A stretch of DNA of 32,000 nt from Pseudomonas aeruginosa (GTDB lineage: Bacteria; Pseudomonadota; Gammaproteobacteria; Pseudomonadales; Pseudomonadaceae): positions 1,050,001 to 1,082,000 of the forward strand of contig NZ_LN831024.1 in assembly GCF_001457615.1 (NCBI RefSeq), read 5' to 3'. Every line of letters starts with the position of its first letter. The first letter of the stretch is position 1. The position numbers and the translations under genes were made by a program. Below, piece by piece: positions 1 to 8,055 of the stretch. The notes under the pieces were generated by a model. It searched no databases. It saw only the letters and a program-made list of their open reading frames with translations, and was not told the DNA's origin.

Positions 1-102
1 TGCGTAGGGGCATGGTGTGCGGCCTTGCCGTTTTTTGTTGTTATGAATGGGGGCGAAGCATGCGGCGCGCCGGGCCGCTTGTCCAGCCCGGCGCGCGCCC
101 GG

Positions 103-1188
103 TCAATGGGGCAGCAGGAAGCGCGCGGCGAGCGGCAGGTGGTTGGAGATCTGCAGCGTATCGCTGCGCCGGACCCGGGCATCGAGACGGGTCAGCGAGG
201 GGCTGTGGAACAGGTAGTCGAGGGTCCGATCCGGCCCCTGGACCCGTGGGTCGTTGGGGAAGTGCGTGTACCAGCGAACCTGGTCGACGCCACTGGCCTC
301 TTCCAGCGACGGCACCATCGGGAAGCGCCCGCTCAGGATGGCCAGTTCGCTGTCTTCCCGGTAGGGCGCGCGCAGCGGCGCCAGCAGGTAGGGATACTGG
401 CCGGGCGGCAGCAGGTTGAGGTCGCCGCCGAGCAGCCAGGGCGTGCGCCTGGCCTGCAGTTCGTCGAGCAGCGTACGGGTGGTCTCGACCTGGCGCTCGA
501 GGGTGTCGTCGTTCGCCTGCGGGCGGTCGAAGCGGGCGTTGAGCACGGCCAGCTCGCCGCCGCCGTCGATCGGCAGGTGGCTGACCAGGATCGCCGGGCG
601 CGGCCCGAACAGGCGGTCGAACAGCCCGCCATCGCGTGGCGGCAACTGGCGCCGCTCGGCGCTATCGATGCGATAGCGGCTCAGGGTGGCCTGCTTGCGG
701 CCGACGCTGCCGAAGATGTGCGGCGTCGGCACGAAGGCCGACTTCCACTCGTAGGCCTGGGCGCTGCAATGGTAGAGATCGTTGATGCGCTCCTGGATCA
801 GCGCCAGTTGGTCCTGATCGTCGGTGGCGCTGGAGCCGTCGTCGATCTCCTGGAGCAGGACCAGGTCCGGCTGCTCGTCGCGGATCACCCGGACCACCTC
901 GTCGAGGGTGAACGCCAGGTCTTCGGCGGTGGGGCGCTGGTCCGGGCCGGTGGCATCCGGCAGGTCGTCCCAGAAGACGTAGCGCTTGCCGGCCAGGTAC
1001 TGGATGTTCCAGGTCATCACCTTCAGGGCCTGCCCCGGCTTCAGCGCCGGCGCGGCGCCCTGGCAATGCAGGGGCGCGGCTTCGCGATCGGCGGGTTGCC
1101 AGCTCAGCAGGTAGCTGGCGAGCAGGGCACCGCCGACCAGCAGGAGCAGGCCGACGAACAGCAGGTTGCGTAGACGGGGCAGTGACAT
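103..1188 (-). CDS. Endonuclease/exonuclease/phosphatase (EEP) family protein with N-terminal membrane anchor
   Basis: Track ORF 103..1314(-). Start moved to the in-frame ATG at 1186-1188, giving MSLPRLRNLLFVGLLLLVGGALLASYLL, a single hydrophobic anchor. EEP-type blocks are present: VMTWNIQY, DLVLLQEID, GGDLN and C-terminal SNHLPL. Position fits PAO1 PA3958 (memory). Confidence 0.8.
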   Translation of the reverse strand: MSLPRLRNLLFVGLLLLVGGALLASYLLSWQPADREAAPLHCQGAAPALKPGQALKVMTWNIQYLAGKRYVFWDDLPDATGPDQRPTAEDLAFTLDEVVRVIRDEQPDLVLLQEIDDGSSATDDQDQLALIQERINDLYHCSAQAYEWKSAFVPTPHIFGSVGRKQATLSRYRIDSAERRQLPPRDGGLFDRLFGPRPAILVSHLPIDGGGELAVLNARFDRPQANDDTLERQVETTRTLLDELQARRTPWLLGGDLNLLPPGQYPYLLAPLRAPYREDSELAILSGRFPMVPSLEEASGVDQVRWYTHFPNDPRVQGPDRTLDYLFHSPSLTRLDARVRRSDTLQISNHLPLAARFLLPH

Positions 1189-1303
1189 CGCAATCGAGAC
1201 TATGCTGGAAAGGACCAGAGCATAGAGCTTGCCGCCGCGCATTTCATCCTTGCAGGTCGAATTGACGCAAGGGTTCGCGTTTTTTCGAGCGGGAGGGTAC
1301 CGC

Positions 1304-2140
1304 ATGCCGCGCAAGGTATTCAGCAGCCAGGCCTACCGCCACAAGGTGGTGCTGGTCAGCGGCGGCTGTTCCGGCATCGGTCGCGCGCTGGCGCTGCGTT
1401 TCGCCCGGGCCGGTGCGCGACTGGCGATCCTCGACCTCGACCAGGCGGCGCTGGACAGTTTGGTCCAGCACCTGCGCGACCATCTCGGCGGCGAGGCGCT
1501 CGGCCTGCGCTGCGACGTCGCCGACGCCGATGCGGTGGAGCGTGCCGTGGCGCTGGCGGTGGAGCGCTTCGGCGGCATCGACGTGCTGGTCAACAACGCC
1601 GGCATCACCCACCGCGGTACCTTCGCCGAAACCGGCCTGGGGGTTTTCCGCAAGGTCATGGCGGTGAACTTCTTCGGCGCCGTGCATTGCACCCGCGCGG
1701 CGCTGCCGAGCCTGCTCGAACGGCGCGGGCAGATCGTCGTGCTCGGTTCGCTGACCGGTTTCGCCCCGTTGCTCTACCGCAGCGCCTACAACGCCAGCAA
1801 GCATGCCTTGCACGGTCTGTTCGACACCCTGCGGATGGAGCTGGAAGGCACCGGCGTCAGCGTGACCCTGGCCTGCCCGGGATTCACCGCTACCGACCTG
1901 CGCAAGAACGCGCTGGTCGGCGATGGCTCGGTGACTCGCCAGCCGGTGCAAGTGCTGGGCAGCCAGGTGGCATCGCCGGTGGAGGTCGCCGAGGCGATCT
2001 TCCAGGGCGCCGCGCGGCGCCGGCGCCTGCTGGTGCTGTCCAACGTCAACTGGCGGGCGCGGCTGCTGGCGCGCTTCTTTCCGCGTCTCTTCGAAAAGCT
2101 GCTGGTGCCGCGCCTGTCGGGACTCAAGCCGCAACCCTGA
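1304..2140 (+). CDS. Short-chain dehydrogenase/reductase (SDR) family oxidoreductase
   Basis: Track ORF 1229..2140(+). Start placed at ATG 1304, preceded by GGGAGGG at 1291-1297. Motifs: Rossmann SGGCSGIGRALA, NNAG, catalytic YNASK. Confidence 0.9.
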   Translation: MPRKVFSSQAYRHKVVLVSGGCSGIGRALALRFARAGARLAILDLDQAALDSLVQHLRDHLGGEALGLRCDVADADAVERAVALAVERFGGIDVLVNNAGITHRGTFAETGLGVFRKVMAVNFFGAVHCTRAALPSLLERRGQIVVLGSLTGFAPLLYRSAYNASKHALHGLFDTLRMELEGTGVSVTLACPGFTATDLRKNALVGDGSVTRQPVQVLGSQVASPVEVAEAIFQGAARRRRLLVLSNVNWRARLLARFFPRLFEKLLVPRLSGLKPQP

Positions 2141-2146
2141 CGGTGC

Positions 2147-2581
2147 TCAGTGGGCGTGGTCGTGGGCGTCGAAGCCCTGGCTCATGTCCCAGTAGGAGGC
2201 CTCGACCTTGTGCCCGTCGAGGTCGCGGATGAAACACCCGTAGTAGGGCTCGCCGTACAGCGGACGCGGGCCCGGCGCGCCCTCGTCGCGTGCGCCGGCG
2301 GCCAGGGCCGCGGCGTGGAAGGCGTCGACCTGGGCCTTGCTGTCGGCGAAGAAGCCGACGTGGCTGCCGTTGCCGACGCTGGCGGGACGGCCGTCGATCG
2401 GCGCCTGCACCCAGAACTCCGGATAGAGCTTGCCGTAGGCTACGGCGCCGGGGTATTCGAGGATCACCTTGCAGCCGAGGGCGGCCATCACCGCGTCGTA
2501 GAAGGCTCGGGCACGGGGAAAGTCGTTGGTGCCGATGGACAGGTGGGAAATGCAGCTGGGGTTGGCCGATTCGTCGCTCAT
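2147..2581 (-). CDS. VOC (glyoxalase/bleomycin-resistance/dioxygenase) family protein
   Basis: Track ORF 2147..2614(-). Start placed at ATG 2579-2581 (MSDESANPS...). VOC-like blocks: ISHLSIGTNDFPRARAFY, HVGFFADSKAQVDAFH, GHKVEASY. Convergent with the SDR gene, with a 6-nt gap. Confidence 0.8.
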   Translation of the reverse strand: MSDESANPSCISHLSIGTNDFPRARAFYDAVMAALGCKVILEYPGAVAYGKLYPEFWVQAPIDGRPASVGNGSHVGFFADSKAQVDAFHAAALAAGARDEGAPGPRPLYGEPYYGCFIRDLDGHKVEASYWDMSQGFDAHDHAH

Positions 2582-2647
2582 GGTCCGTTCCTCGAGGCAG
2601 GGCTCGTCAAGCATAGGCCAGCGCGGCGAATCGGCGCGCGGCGCCGT

Positions 2648-3304
2648 TCACATCCCGTTGCGTGGCGCCGGACCGAGGCTGTAGATGCGGAAGGCGACGA
2701 TGGTCAACAGCAGCTGGAAGAACCCGCTGAGCGTATGCAGGGCGACCCGCAGCACGACGGCGTCGCCGGCCGAATCGGCGAGCCAGGCTTCCAGGCTCCA
2801 GACCGGCAGCAGGATCACCAGCGAACAGGCGAGGATCAGGAAGAATCGCCCACGGGTGAACTCGAAGCTTTCCCGCAGCGCCTGCAGCGGACTACGGCCG
2901 CGCAGCACCAGGCAGAATTCGGCGAAGGACAGCTTCACCATGACGAAGATGCCCGGCAGGATCAGCAGCGACAGGCCGAGCACGATCAGCAGCGAAGTCA
3001 GCGCCGCGAGTAGCGCGAAGGCTGGCCACAGGCGCAGCGCGGCGCTCCACAGCTGGCCGACGCGAGGCCGCTCGTCGCGCCCGCGCGCGTCCATGAACAG
3101 GATCAGGGCTGCGGTGTAGAGCGGGTAGAAGAGCAGTCCGGCGACCAGGCTCCAGGCGCCCATCTGCTGGGGGCCGACGGCTTCGTCGATCTGCTGCTGG
3201 AGCAGGCTTTCGAGGAATATCCAGGGCAGGCAGAGCGGCACCAGGGTGGTCAGGTGGCGGGTGAAGAAGAACCAGGCGTCACGCAGCGGCAGCAGAGGAT
3301 TCAT
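2648..3304 (-). CDS. Multi-pass inner-membrane protein of unknown function (YciC/UPF0259-like)
   Basis: Only the last 219 codons of track ORF 2648..4561(-) are used, starting at ATG 3302-3304 (MNPLLPLRDAWFFF...). The sequence has several long hydrophobic segments (LVAGLLFYPLYTAALILF, AFALLAALTSLLIVLGLSLLILPGIFVMV, FFLILACSLVILLPVW, GFFQLLLTIVAF). The upstream part of the ORF overlaps the sfnG-like gene out of frame. Confidence 0.65.
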   Translation of the reverse strand: MNPLLPLRDAWFFFTRHLTTLVPLCLPWIFLESLLQQQIDEAVGPQQMGAWSLVAGLLFYPLYTAALILFMDARGRDERPRVGQLWSAALRLWPAFALLAALTSLLIVLGLSLLILPGIFVMVKLSFAEFCLVLRGRSPLQALRESFEFTRGRFFLILACSLVILLPVWSLEAWLADSAGDAVVLRVALHTLSGFFQLLLTIVAFRIYSLGPAPRNGM

Positions 3305-3387
3305 CGCGGGTCGGCAGATCGGATACGAGCCCGCGACTCTAACCCAGCCGGCCGCCGAGGCCAACGCCTGGCGGCCGCCGTTGCCGT

Positions 3388-4482
3388 TCAGGCCGCTTCG
3401 CGAGCCTGGGCCTGCTCCAGTTCGCGGACCAGCGGCAACACGTGCTTGCCGAAATACTCCACTTCTTCGTGGAAGTGCAGGAAGGCCGACAGCACCAGGT
3501 CGACCCCGGCCGCCTTCAGCGCGACGATGCGCTCGGCGATCTGCCGTGGCGTGCCGATCAGGTTGGTCTTGAAGCCGTCGTTGTATTGCACCAGGTCTTC
3601 GAAGGTGGATTTGGCCCAGTTGCCATCGCCCTCCGGCGAGGCCTTGCCGGCCTGTTTCACCGCGTCGCCGAAGGCGTTCACCGCCTCGTAGTCGGCCTTG
3701 GCGATGATCTCGTCGAGCACCGCCCGCGCTTCCTCCTCGGTGTCGCGGGCAATGATGAAGGCGTTCACTCCGACCTTGACCGAATGGCCGTTGGCCGCCG
3801 CCTTGGCGCGGATGTCCTCGACCTGGGCGCGGATGCCGTCGATGCTGTTGCCGTTGGTGAAGTACCAGTCGGACACGCGCGAGGCCATGTCCCGCGCCGC
3901 CCGCGAGCTGCCGCCCTGGAAGATTTCCGGGTGCGGCTGCTGGATCGGCTTGGGTTTCAGGGTGTAGTCGTGGAAACGATAGAAATCGCCCTTGAAGGTG
4001 AAGTTTTCCTCGGTCCAGATGCCTTTCAGCACGCGGATGAACTCCTCGGAGCGCCGATAGCGTTCGTCGTGCTCCAGCCAGGGTTCGCCGATGCCGGTGA
4101 ACTCTCCCTTGAACCAGCCGCTGACGATGTTCACCGCGACCCGGCCATTGGTCAGTTGGTCGATCGTCGCCAGTTGCTTGGCCACCACCGCCGGATGCCA
4201 GGGGCCAGGCAGGATCGCCGCGATCACCTTGAGCTTCTCGGTGGCCGCCAGCAGGGCGTGGCTGATGGCCACCGACTCGTGCTGGTACTCGGCGCCGTAG
4301 CCGGCGGTGAAGCGGATCTGCGAGAGGGCGTAGTCGAAGCCGTTGCGTTCCGCCAACTGGGCCAGCTTGCGGTTGTAGTCGATGTCCCAGCTGGTGCGTT
4401 GCTCGATCTTGCTCACCACCAGGCCGCCGCTGACGTTGGGGACCCAGTAGGCGAAGCGGATCGGCTGTTGCTCTTGGCTCAT
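3388..4482 (-). CDS. sfnG: FMNH2-dependent luciferase-like monooxygenase, SfnG (dimethylsulfone monooxygenase) type
   Basis: Track ORF 3388..4548(-). Start placed at ATG 4480-4482, preceded by GGAGA. The N-terminus MSQEQQPIRFAYWVPNVSGGLVVSKIEQRTSWD and the overall TIM-barrel LLM pattern resemble the SfnG family as I recall it. The protein has 0 Cys and one internal Met. Family assignment is from memory and has not been searched. Confidence 0.8.
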   Translation of the reverse strand: MSQEQQPIRFAYWVPNVSGGLVVSKIEQRTSWDIDYNRKLAQLAERNGFDYALSQIRFTAGYGAEYQHESVAISHALLAATEKLKVIAAILPGPWHPAVVAKQLATIDQLTNGRVAVNIVSGWFKGEFTGIGEPWLEHDERYRRSEEFIRVLKGIWTEENFTFKGDFYRFHDYTLKPKPIQQPHPEIFQGGSSRAARDMASRVSDWYFTNGNSIDGIRAQVEDIRAKAAANGHSVKVGVNAFIIARDTEEEARAVLDEIIAKADYEAVNAFGDAVKQAGKASPEGDGNWAKSTFEDLVQYNDGFKTNLIGTPRQIAERIVALKAAGVDLVLSAFLHFHEEVEYFGKHVLPLVRELEQAQAREAA

Positions 4483-4519
4483 CGGGGGTATCTCCGGGTA
4501 GGGGCGTGGTCCGGTGTCT

Positions 4520-4537
4520 ATGAAGGAACCGTGCCAT
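4520..4537 (-). promoter_or_regulatory. Candidate sigma54-type (-24/-12) promoter for the sfnG-like gene
   Basis: The minus strand reads TGGCAC-GGTTC-CTTCA (plus-strand gtgcca 4531-4536, tgaag 4521-4525). The -24 element is a perfect TGGCACG. The -12 element has TC instead of the canonical GC. The predicted transcription start is about 25-30 nt upstream of the ATG at 4482. Confidence 0.4.
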
Positions 4538-4639
4538 CCCGGATTCATGTTTTCGAATCAATGGCTTATGGGGGATATGGCGGAACCGGCCTGTCTTCTG
4601 CCGGACAGCCCTGTTGTCCCGCTGTTGCCCGGCAGACAG

Positions 4640-5221
4640 TCAGGCCGGCAAGCGCTGCAACAGTTCGGCGGCGCGCAGTACCACGGCGTACTCGCCGTGC
4701 AGGTTGGCCAACGCCATCGCATGCACCTCGTCGGCGCTGCGCGGGGTGCCGTGGAAATCGGGCTTGGCGAAGGTGAAGCAGGCGTCGGCCACTACCCAGG
4801 TCTGGAAGCCGAGGTTGCCGGCGCTGCGTGCGCTGGCTTCCACCGAGTTCTCCGTGGCTACCCCGACGAGCGCCACCTGGCGGATGTCGCGGACATGGAG
4901 CCAGCGTTGCAGGCCGCTGTTGATGAAGGCGTCGGGAACGTTCTTCTCGAACACCGCCTCGTCGTCGCGCGGCGCCAGCGCTGGCTGGAACTCCACGCCA
5001 GGCTGGCCGGGCGCGAAGGGCGAGCCGGGCTGCCGGGATACGTGCCGGACGTGCACCACCGGCCAGCCGGCGGCGCGCCAGGCGGCAAGCAGTTCGACGA
5101 TGCGCGCCTCGGCGCCGGGATTGTTGCGCGGCGGCAGGTCGTGGCGCTGCATGCCGCGTTGCAGGTCGACGATCAGCAGGGCGACCTGGGACCGTGCGGA
5201 GCGCTGGGCATCGTCATTCAT
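4640..5221 (-). CDS. Isochorismatase-family hydrolase
   Basis: C-terminal 193 codons of track ORF 4640..5830(-), starting at ATG 5219-5221 (MNDDAQRS...). Family blocks: ALLIVDLQRG, FEKNVPDAF, LVGVATENSVEASAR. The usual nucleophile position reads Ser, not Cys. Confidence 0.8.
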   Translation of the reverse strand: MNDDAQRSARSQVALLIVDLQRGMQRHDLPPRNNPGAEARIVELLAAWRAAGWPVVHVRHVSRQPGSPFAPGQPGVEFQPALAPRDDEAVFEKNVPDAFINSGLQRWLHVRDIRQVALVGVATENSVEASARSAGNLGFQTWVVADACFTFAKPDFHGTPRSADEVHAMALANLHGEYAVVLRAAELLQRLPA

Positions 5222-5320
5222 CGGGAATTCACCGGAGGAACTTGAGATCGTGCAGGGTGCTCCAATATTTCCCTTTGGTGCAATCCATCCTTCCTTCTCG
5301 AAATGCAGTCGAGGCGTGCG

Positions 5321-6037
5321 ATGAAATCCGATGAGAAAACCCTGATCGACGGCCTGTTCAGCCGCCTGCGCGAGGCCGAGGGGCAGTCCGCTCCGCGTGA
5401 CGCCGAGGCCGAGGCGCAGATCAACCAGCACCTGGTGCGGCAGCCGGCGGCGCCGTACTACATGGCGCAGGTGGTGCTGATCCAGGAAGCCGCGCTGAAG
5501 CGCCTCGACCAACGGGTGAAGGAGCTCGAGGCGCAGGTCGCCCAGTTGCAGCAGAGCCGTCCGAGCAGCGGCGGCTTCCTCTCCGGCCTGTTCGGCGGCG
5601 GCGCGCGCGACGAGCCGGCGCCGAGCCAATCGGGGCGCCCGGCGGGCTGGGGCGAGACGCGTTTCTCCAATCCGGCGGCGGCGGCCGGCGACATGCGTCC
5701 GGGTATGGCGCCCGCCGCGGCGGCCGCGCCTTCGCGGGCCAGCGGCTTTCTCGGCGGTGCGCTGCAGACGGCCGCTGGGGTCGCTGGCGGGATGCTGGTG
5801 GCCGACCTGCTCACCGGCATGTTCCGCCACAGCCAGCCGCAGGAAATCGTCGAGGTGATCCAGGACGTCCCGGTGGATAACCTCGACGCCAGCCAGTTTG
5901 CCGATCCCGAGCCGGCGCCCGAGCGCTTCGCCGATAGCGACTATCCCGCCGACGGCGGTTTCGCCGATGGCGATTTCAGCGACAGCGACTTCAACGACGA
6001 CTCCAGCTTCCTCGGCGACGACGATTTGTTCACCTGA
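5321..6037 (+). CDS. DUF2076-like protein (coiled-coil N-terminus, Gly/Ala/Pro-rich linker, acidic Asp/Phe-rich tail)
   Basis: Track ORF 5303..6037(+). ATG 5321 is preferred because GAGG at 5311-5314 lies 6 nt upstream; ATG 5303 is the alternative. The N-terminus MKSDEKTLIDGLFSRLREAE...YYMAQVVLIQEAALKRL is typical of this family as I recall it. Confidence 0.7.
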   Translation: MKSDEKTLIDGLFSRLREAEGQSAPRDAEAEAQINQHLVRQPAAPYYMAQVVLIQEAALKRLDQRVKELEAQVAQLQQSRPSSGGFLSGLFGGGARDEPAPSQSGRPAGWGETRFSNPAAAAGDMRPGMAPAAAAAPSRASGFLGGALQTAAGVAGGMLVADLLTGMFRHSQPQEIVEVIQDVPVDNLDASQFADPEPAPERFADSDYPADGGFADGDFSDSDFNDDSSFLGDDDLFT

Positions 6038-6102
6038 CCGTTAGGGTTGCGGGCCGTGGGCTGCGATAATGGTGGCCCACTGCCGTCGTTCCGGAGTTCC
6101 CC

Positions 6103-6606
6103 TTGAGTCGTCCCGAGTCGCCCGCGGCGAAGAAGATCGCTGTCTTCGCCGATGTGCAGAACCTCTACTACACCGTGCGCCAGGCCTACGGCTGCCATCT
6201 CAACTACGCCGCCCTGTGGGCAGACATCGCTCGCGGCGGGAGCATCGTCGAGGCCTATGCCTACGCCATCGACCGCGGCGACCCGCGTCAGCAGCAGTTC
6301 CAGCAGATTCTGCGCAACCTCGGTTTCACGGTGAAGCTGAAGCCCTACATCCAGCGTGCCGACGGCTCGGCCAAGGGTGACTGGGATGTCGGCATCACCA
6401 TCGACGTACTGGATGCCGCGCCACGGGTGGACGAAGTGATGCTGCTGTCCGGTGACGGCGACTTCGATCTGCTGCTGGAGAAGGTCATCCGCGCCCACGG
6501 CGTCGTGGCTACGGCCTACGGGGTGCCTGGCCTGACCGCCAACGCGCTGATCCGAGCGGCGTCGCGCTACGTGCCGATCGAGGGCGGACTGCTGCTCAAG
6601 GGCTGA
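6103..6606 (+). CDS. NYN/LabA-like domain protein (predicted PIN-like ribonuclease fold)
   Basis: Track ORF 6103..6606(+), with a TTG start and GGAG at 6093-6096. Acidic NYN motifs: IAVFADVQNLYY, KGDWDVGITIDVL, LLSGDGDFDLLL. Confidence 0.8.
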   Translation: MSRPESPAAKKIAVFADVQNLYYTVRQAYGCHLNYAALWADIARGGSIVEAYAYAIDRGDPRQQQFQQILRNLGFTVKLKPYIQRADGSAKGDWDVGITIDVLDAAPRVDEVMLLSGDGDFDLLLEKVIRAHGVVATAYGVPGLTANALIRAASRYVPIEGGLLLKG

Positions 6607-6633
6607 CCGGCCGCGCTCCAGAGGACGATGGGA

Positions 6634-6675
6634 GACGGCGAATCCGCTAGAATGCCGTCCGTTTCCTTTTTTCCG
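6634..6675 (+). terminator. Weak stem-loop plus T-tract between the NYN gene and rhlE
   Basis: GACGGC (6634-6639) pairs with GCCGTC (6654-6659) around a 14-nt loop that contains TAGAAT. It is followed by CGTTTCCTTTTTTCC. The stem is short and rhlE starts only about 10 nt later, so this may instead be leader structure. Confidence 0.3.
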
Positions 6676-6683
6676 AGTCGCTC

Positions 6684-8033
6684 ATGACGTTCGCTTCCCT
6701 CGGTCTGCTCGACCCCCTGCTCAAGGCCCTCGAAGGGCTCGGCCACGGCACGCCTACGCCGATCCAGGCCCAAGCCATACCCCCGGCGCTCAAGGGCCGC
6801 GACCTGCTCGCCGCAGCACAGACCGGCACCGGCAAGACCGCCGGTTTCGCCCTGCCGTTGCTGCAGCGGCTGACCCTGGAGGGGCCGCAGGTCGCTGCGA
6901 ACTCGGTGCGTGCACTGGTCCTGGTCCCGACCCGCGAACTGGCCGAGCAGGTCCACGCCAGCGTCCGCGACTACGGCCAGCACCTGCCGCTGCGTACCGC
7001 GGTGGCCTACGGTGGGGTCAGCATCAACCCGCAGATGATGAAGCTGCGCAAGGGAGTGGATATCCTCGTCGCCACTCCCGGGCGGCTGCTCGACCTGTAT
7101 CGGCAGAACGCGGTGAAGTTCGCCCAGCTCCAGGCGTTGGTGCTGGACGAAGCCGATCGCATGCTCGACCTCGGTTTCGCCCGCGAGCTGGACGAACTGT
7201 TCGCCGCGCTGCCGCGCAAGCGCCAGACCCTGCTGTTTTCCGCGACCTTCTCCGACGCCATCCGCACGCTGGCCCGTGAACTGCTGCGCGACCCGCTGTC
7301 CATCGAGGTCAGTCCGCGCAATACCGCGGCGAAGAGCGTCAGGCAATGGCTGGTGCCGGTGGACAAGAAGCGCAAGGCCGAGCTGTTCTGCCACCTGTTG
7401 CAGGCCAATCGCTGGCGCCAGGCGCTGGTCTTCGCCAAGACCCGCAAGAGCGTCGAGGAACTGGTCGGACTGTTGCAGCGGCAGGGTATCGCCGCCGACT
7501 CGATCCATGGCGACAAGCCGCAGCCGGCGCGGCTGCGCGCCTTGCAGCGGTTCAAGGCCGGCGAGGTAGACCTGCTGGTAGCCACCGACGTGGCCGCGCG
7601 TGGCCTGGATATCGAGGAAATGCCGCTGGTGGTCAACTTCGACCTGCCGATCGTCGCCGAGGACTACGTGCATCGCATCGGCCGTACCGGCCGTGCCGGT
7701 GCCTCCGGCCAGGCGGTGTCGCTGGTCTGCGCCGACGAAGTGGAGCTGCTGGCGGCGATCGAAACACTGATCGGGCAGACCCTGCAACGCCGCGAGGAGC
7801 CCGACTTCGAGCCGGAGCACCGGGTGCCGCAGACCGCACCGGGCGGCGTGGTGCTGAAGAAACCGAAGAAGCCGAAGAAACCCAAGGCCGCGGAGAGCGT
7901 CGGCAAGCCCGGCAAGATCCACTTGGGCAGTTGGTTCGACAGCAGCGCGCCGACGGTCAAGGCGGTGCGCAAGGCACCGGGCTTCGGCGCGGGTGCGGCG
8001 GGCAAGCCGAAGAAGCGGCCGTCCGGCAAATAG
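6684..8033 (+). CDS. rhlE: ATP-dependent DEAD-box RNA helicase RhlE
   Basis: Track ORF 6684..8033(+). Motifs: AQTGTGKT, PTRELA, VLDEADRM (DEAD), SAT, HRIGRTGRAG. The C-terminal tail is Lys/Pro-rich and basic (KKPKKPKKPK...GKPKKRPSGK). Confidence 0.92.
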   Translation: MTFASLGLLDPLLKALEGLGHGTPTPIQAQAIPPALKGRDLLAAAQTGTGKTAGFALPLLQRLTLEGPQVAANSVRALVLVPTRELAEQVHASVRDYGQHLPLRTAVAYGGVSINPQMMKLRKGVDILVATPGRLLDLYRQNAVKFAQLQALVLDEADRMLDLGFARELDELFAALPRKRQTLLFSATFSDAIRTLARELLRDPLSIEVSPRNTAAKSVRQWLVPVDKKRKAELFCHLLQANRWRQALVFAKTRKSVEELVGLLQRQGIAADSIHGDKPQPARLRALQRFKAGEVDLLVATDVAARGLDIEEMPLVVNFDLPIVAEDYVHRIGRTGRAGASGQAVSLVCADEVELLAAIETLIGQTLQRREEPDFEPEHRVPQTAPGGVVLKKPKKPKKPKAAESVGKPGKIHLGSWFDSSAPTVKAVRKAPGFGAGAAGKPKKRPSGK

Positions 8034-8055
8034 CGAGGCGCTGGCGTACCGGTCT

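Noticed and set aside
2648-4561. 637-aa ORF suggesting one large minus-strand gene across 2.6-4.6 kb.
   Set aside because: Only the last 219 codons (from ATG 3304) look like a real membrane protein. The upstream 418 codons run out of frame through the sfnG-like gene and translate to Arg/Gly/Pro-rich nonsense.
6567-7922. 451-aa minus-strand ORF opposite rhlE, plus similar long antisense ORFs opposite rocS1 (11794..13938, 14101..15894), tesB (18321..19553), the EEP gene (25..1173), tauB (22229..23551, 22935..23732) and tauD (24536..25582).
   Set aside because: All overlap genes with strong motif evidence on the other strand. All have low-complexity Arg/Gly/Ala/Pro-rich translations, and none has a recognisable domain signature.
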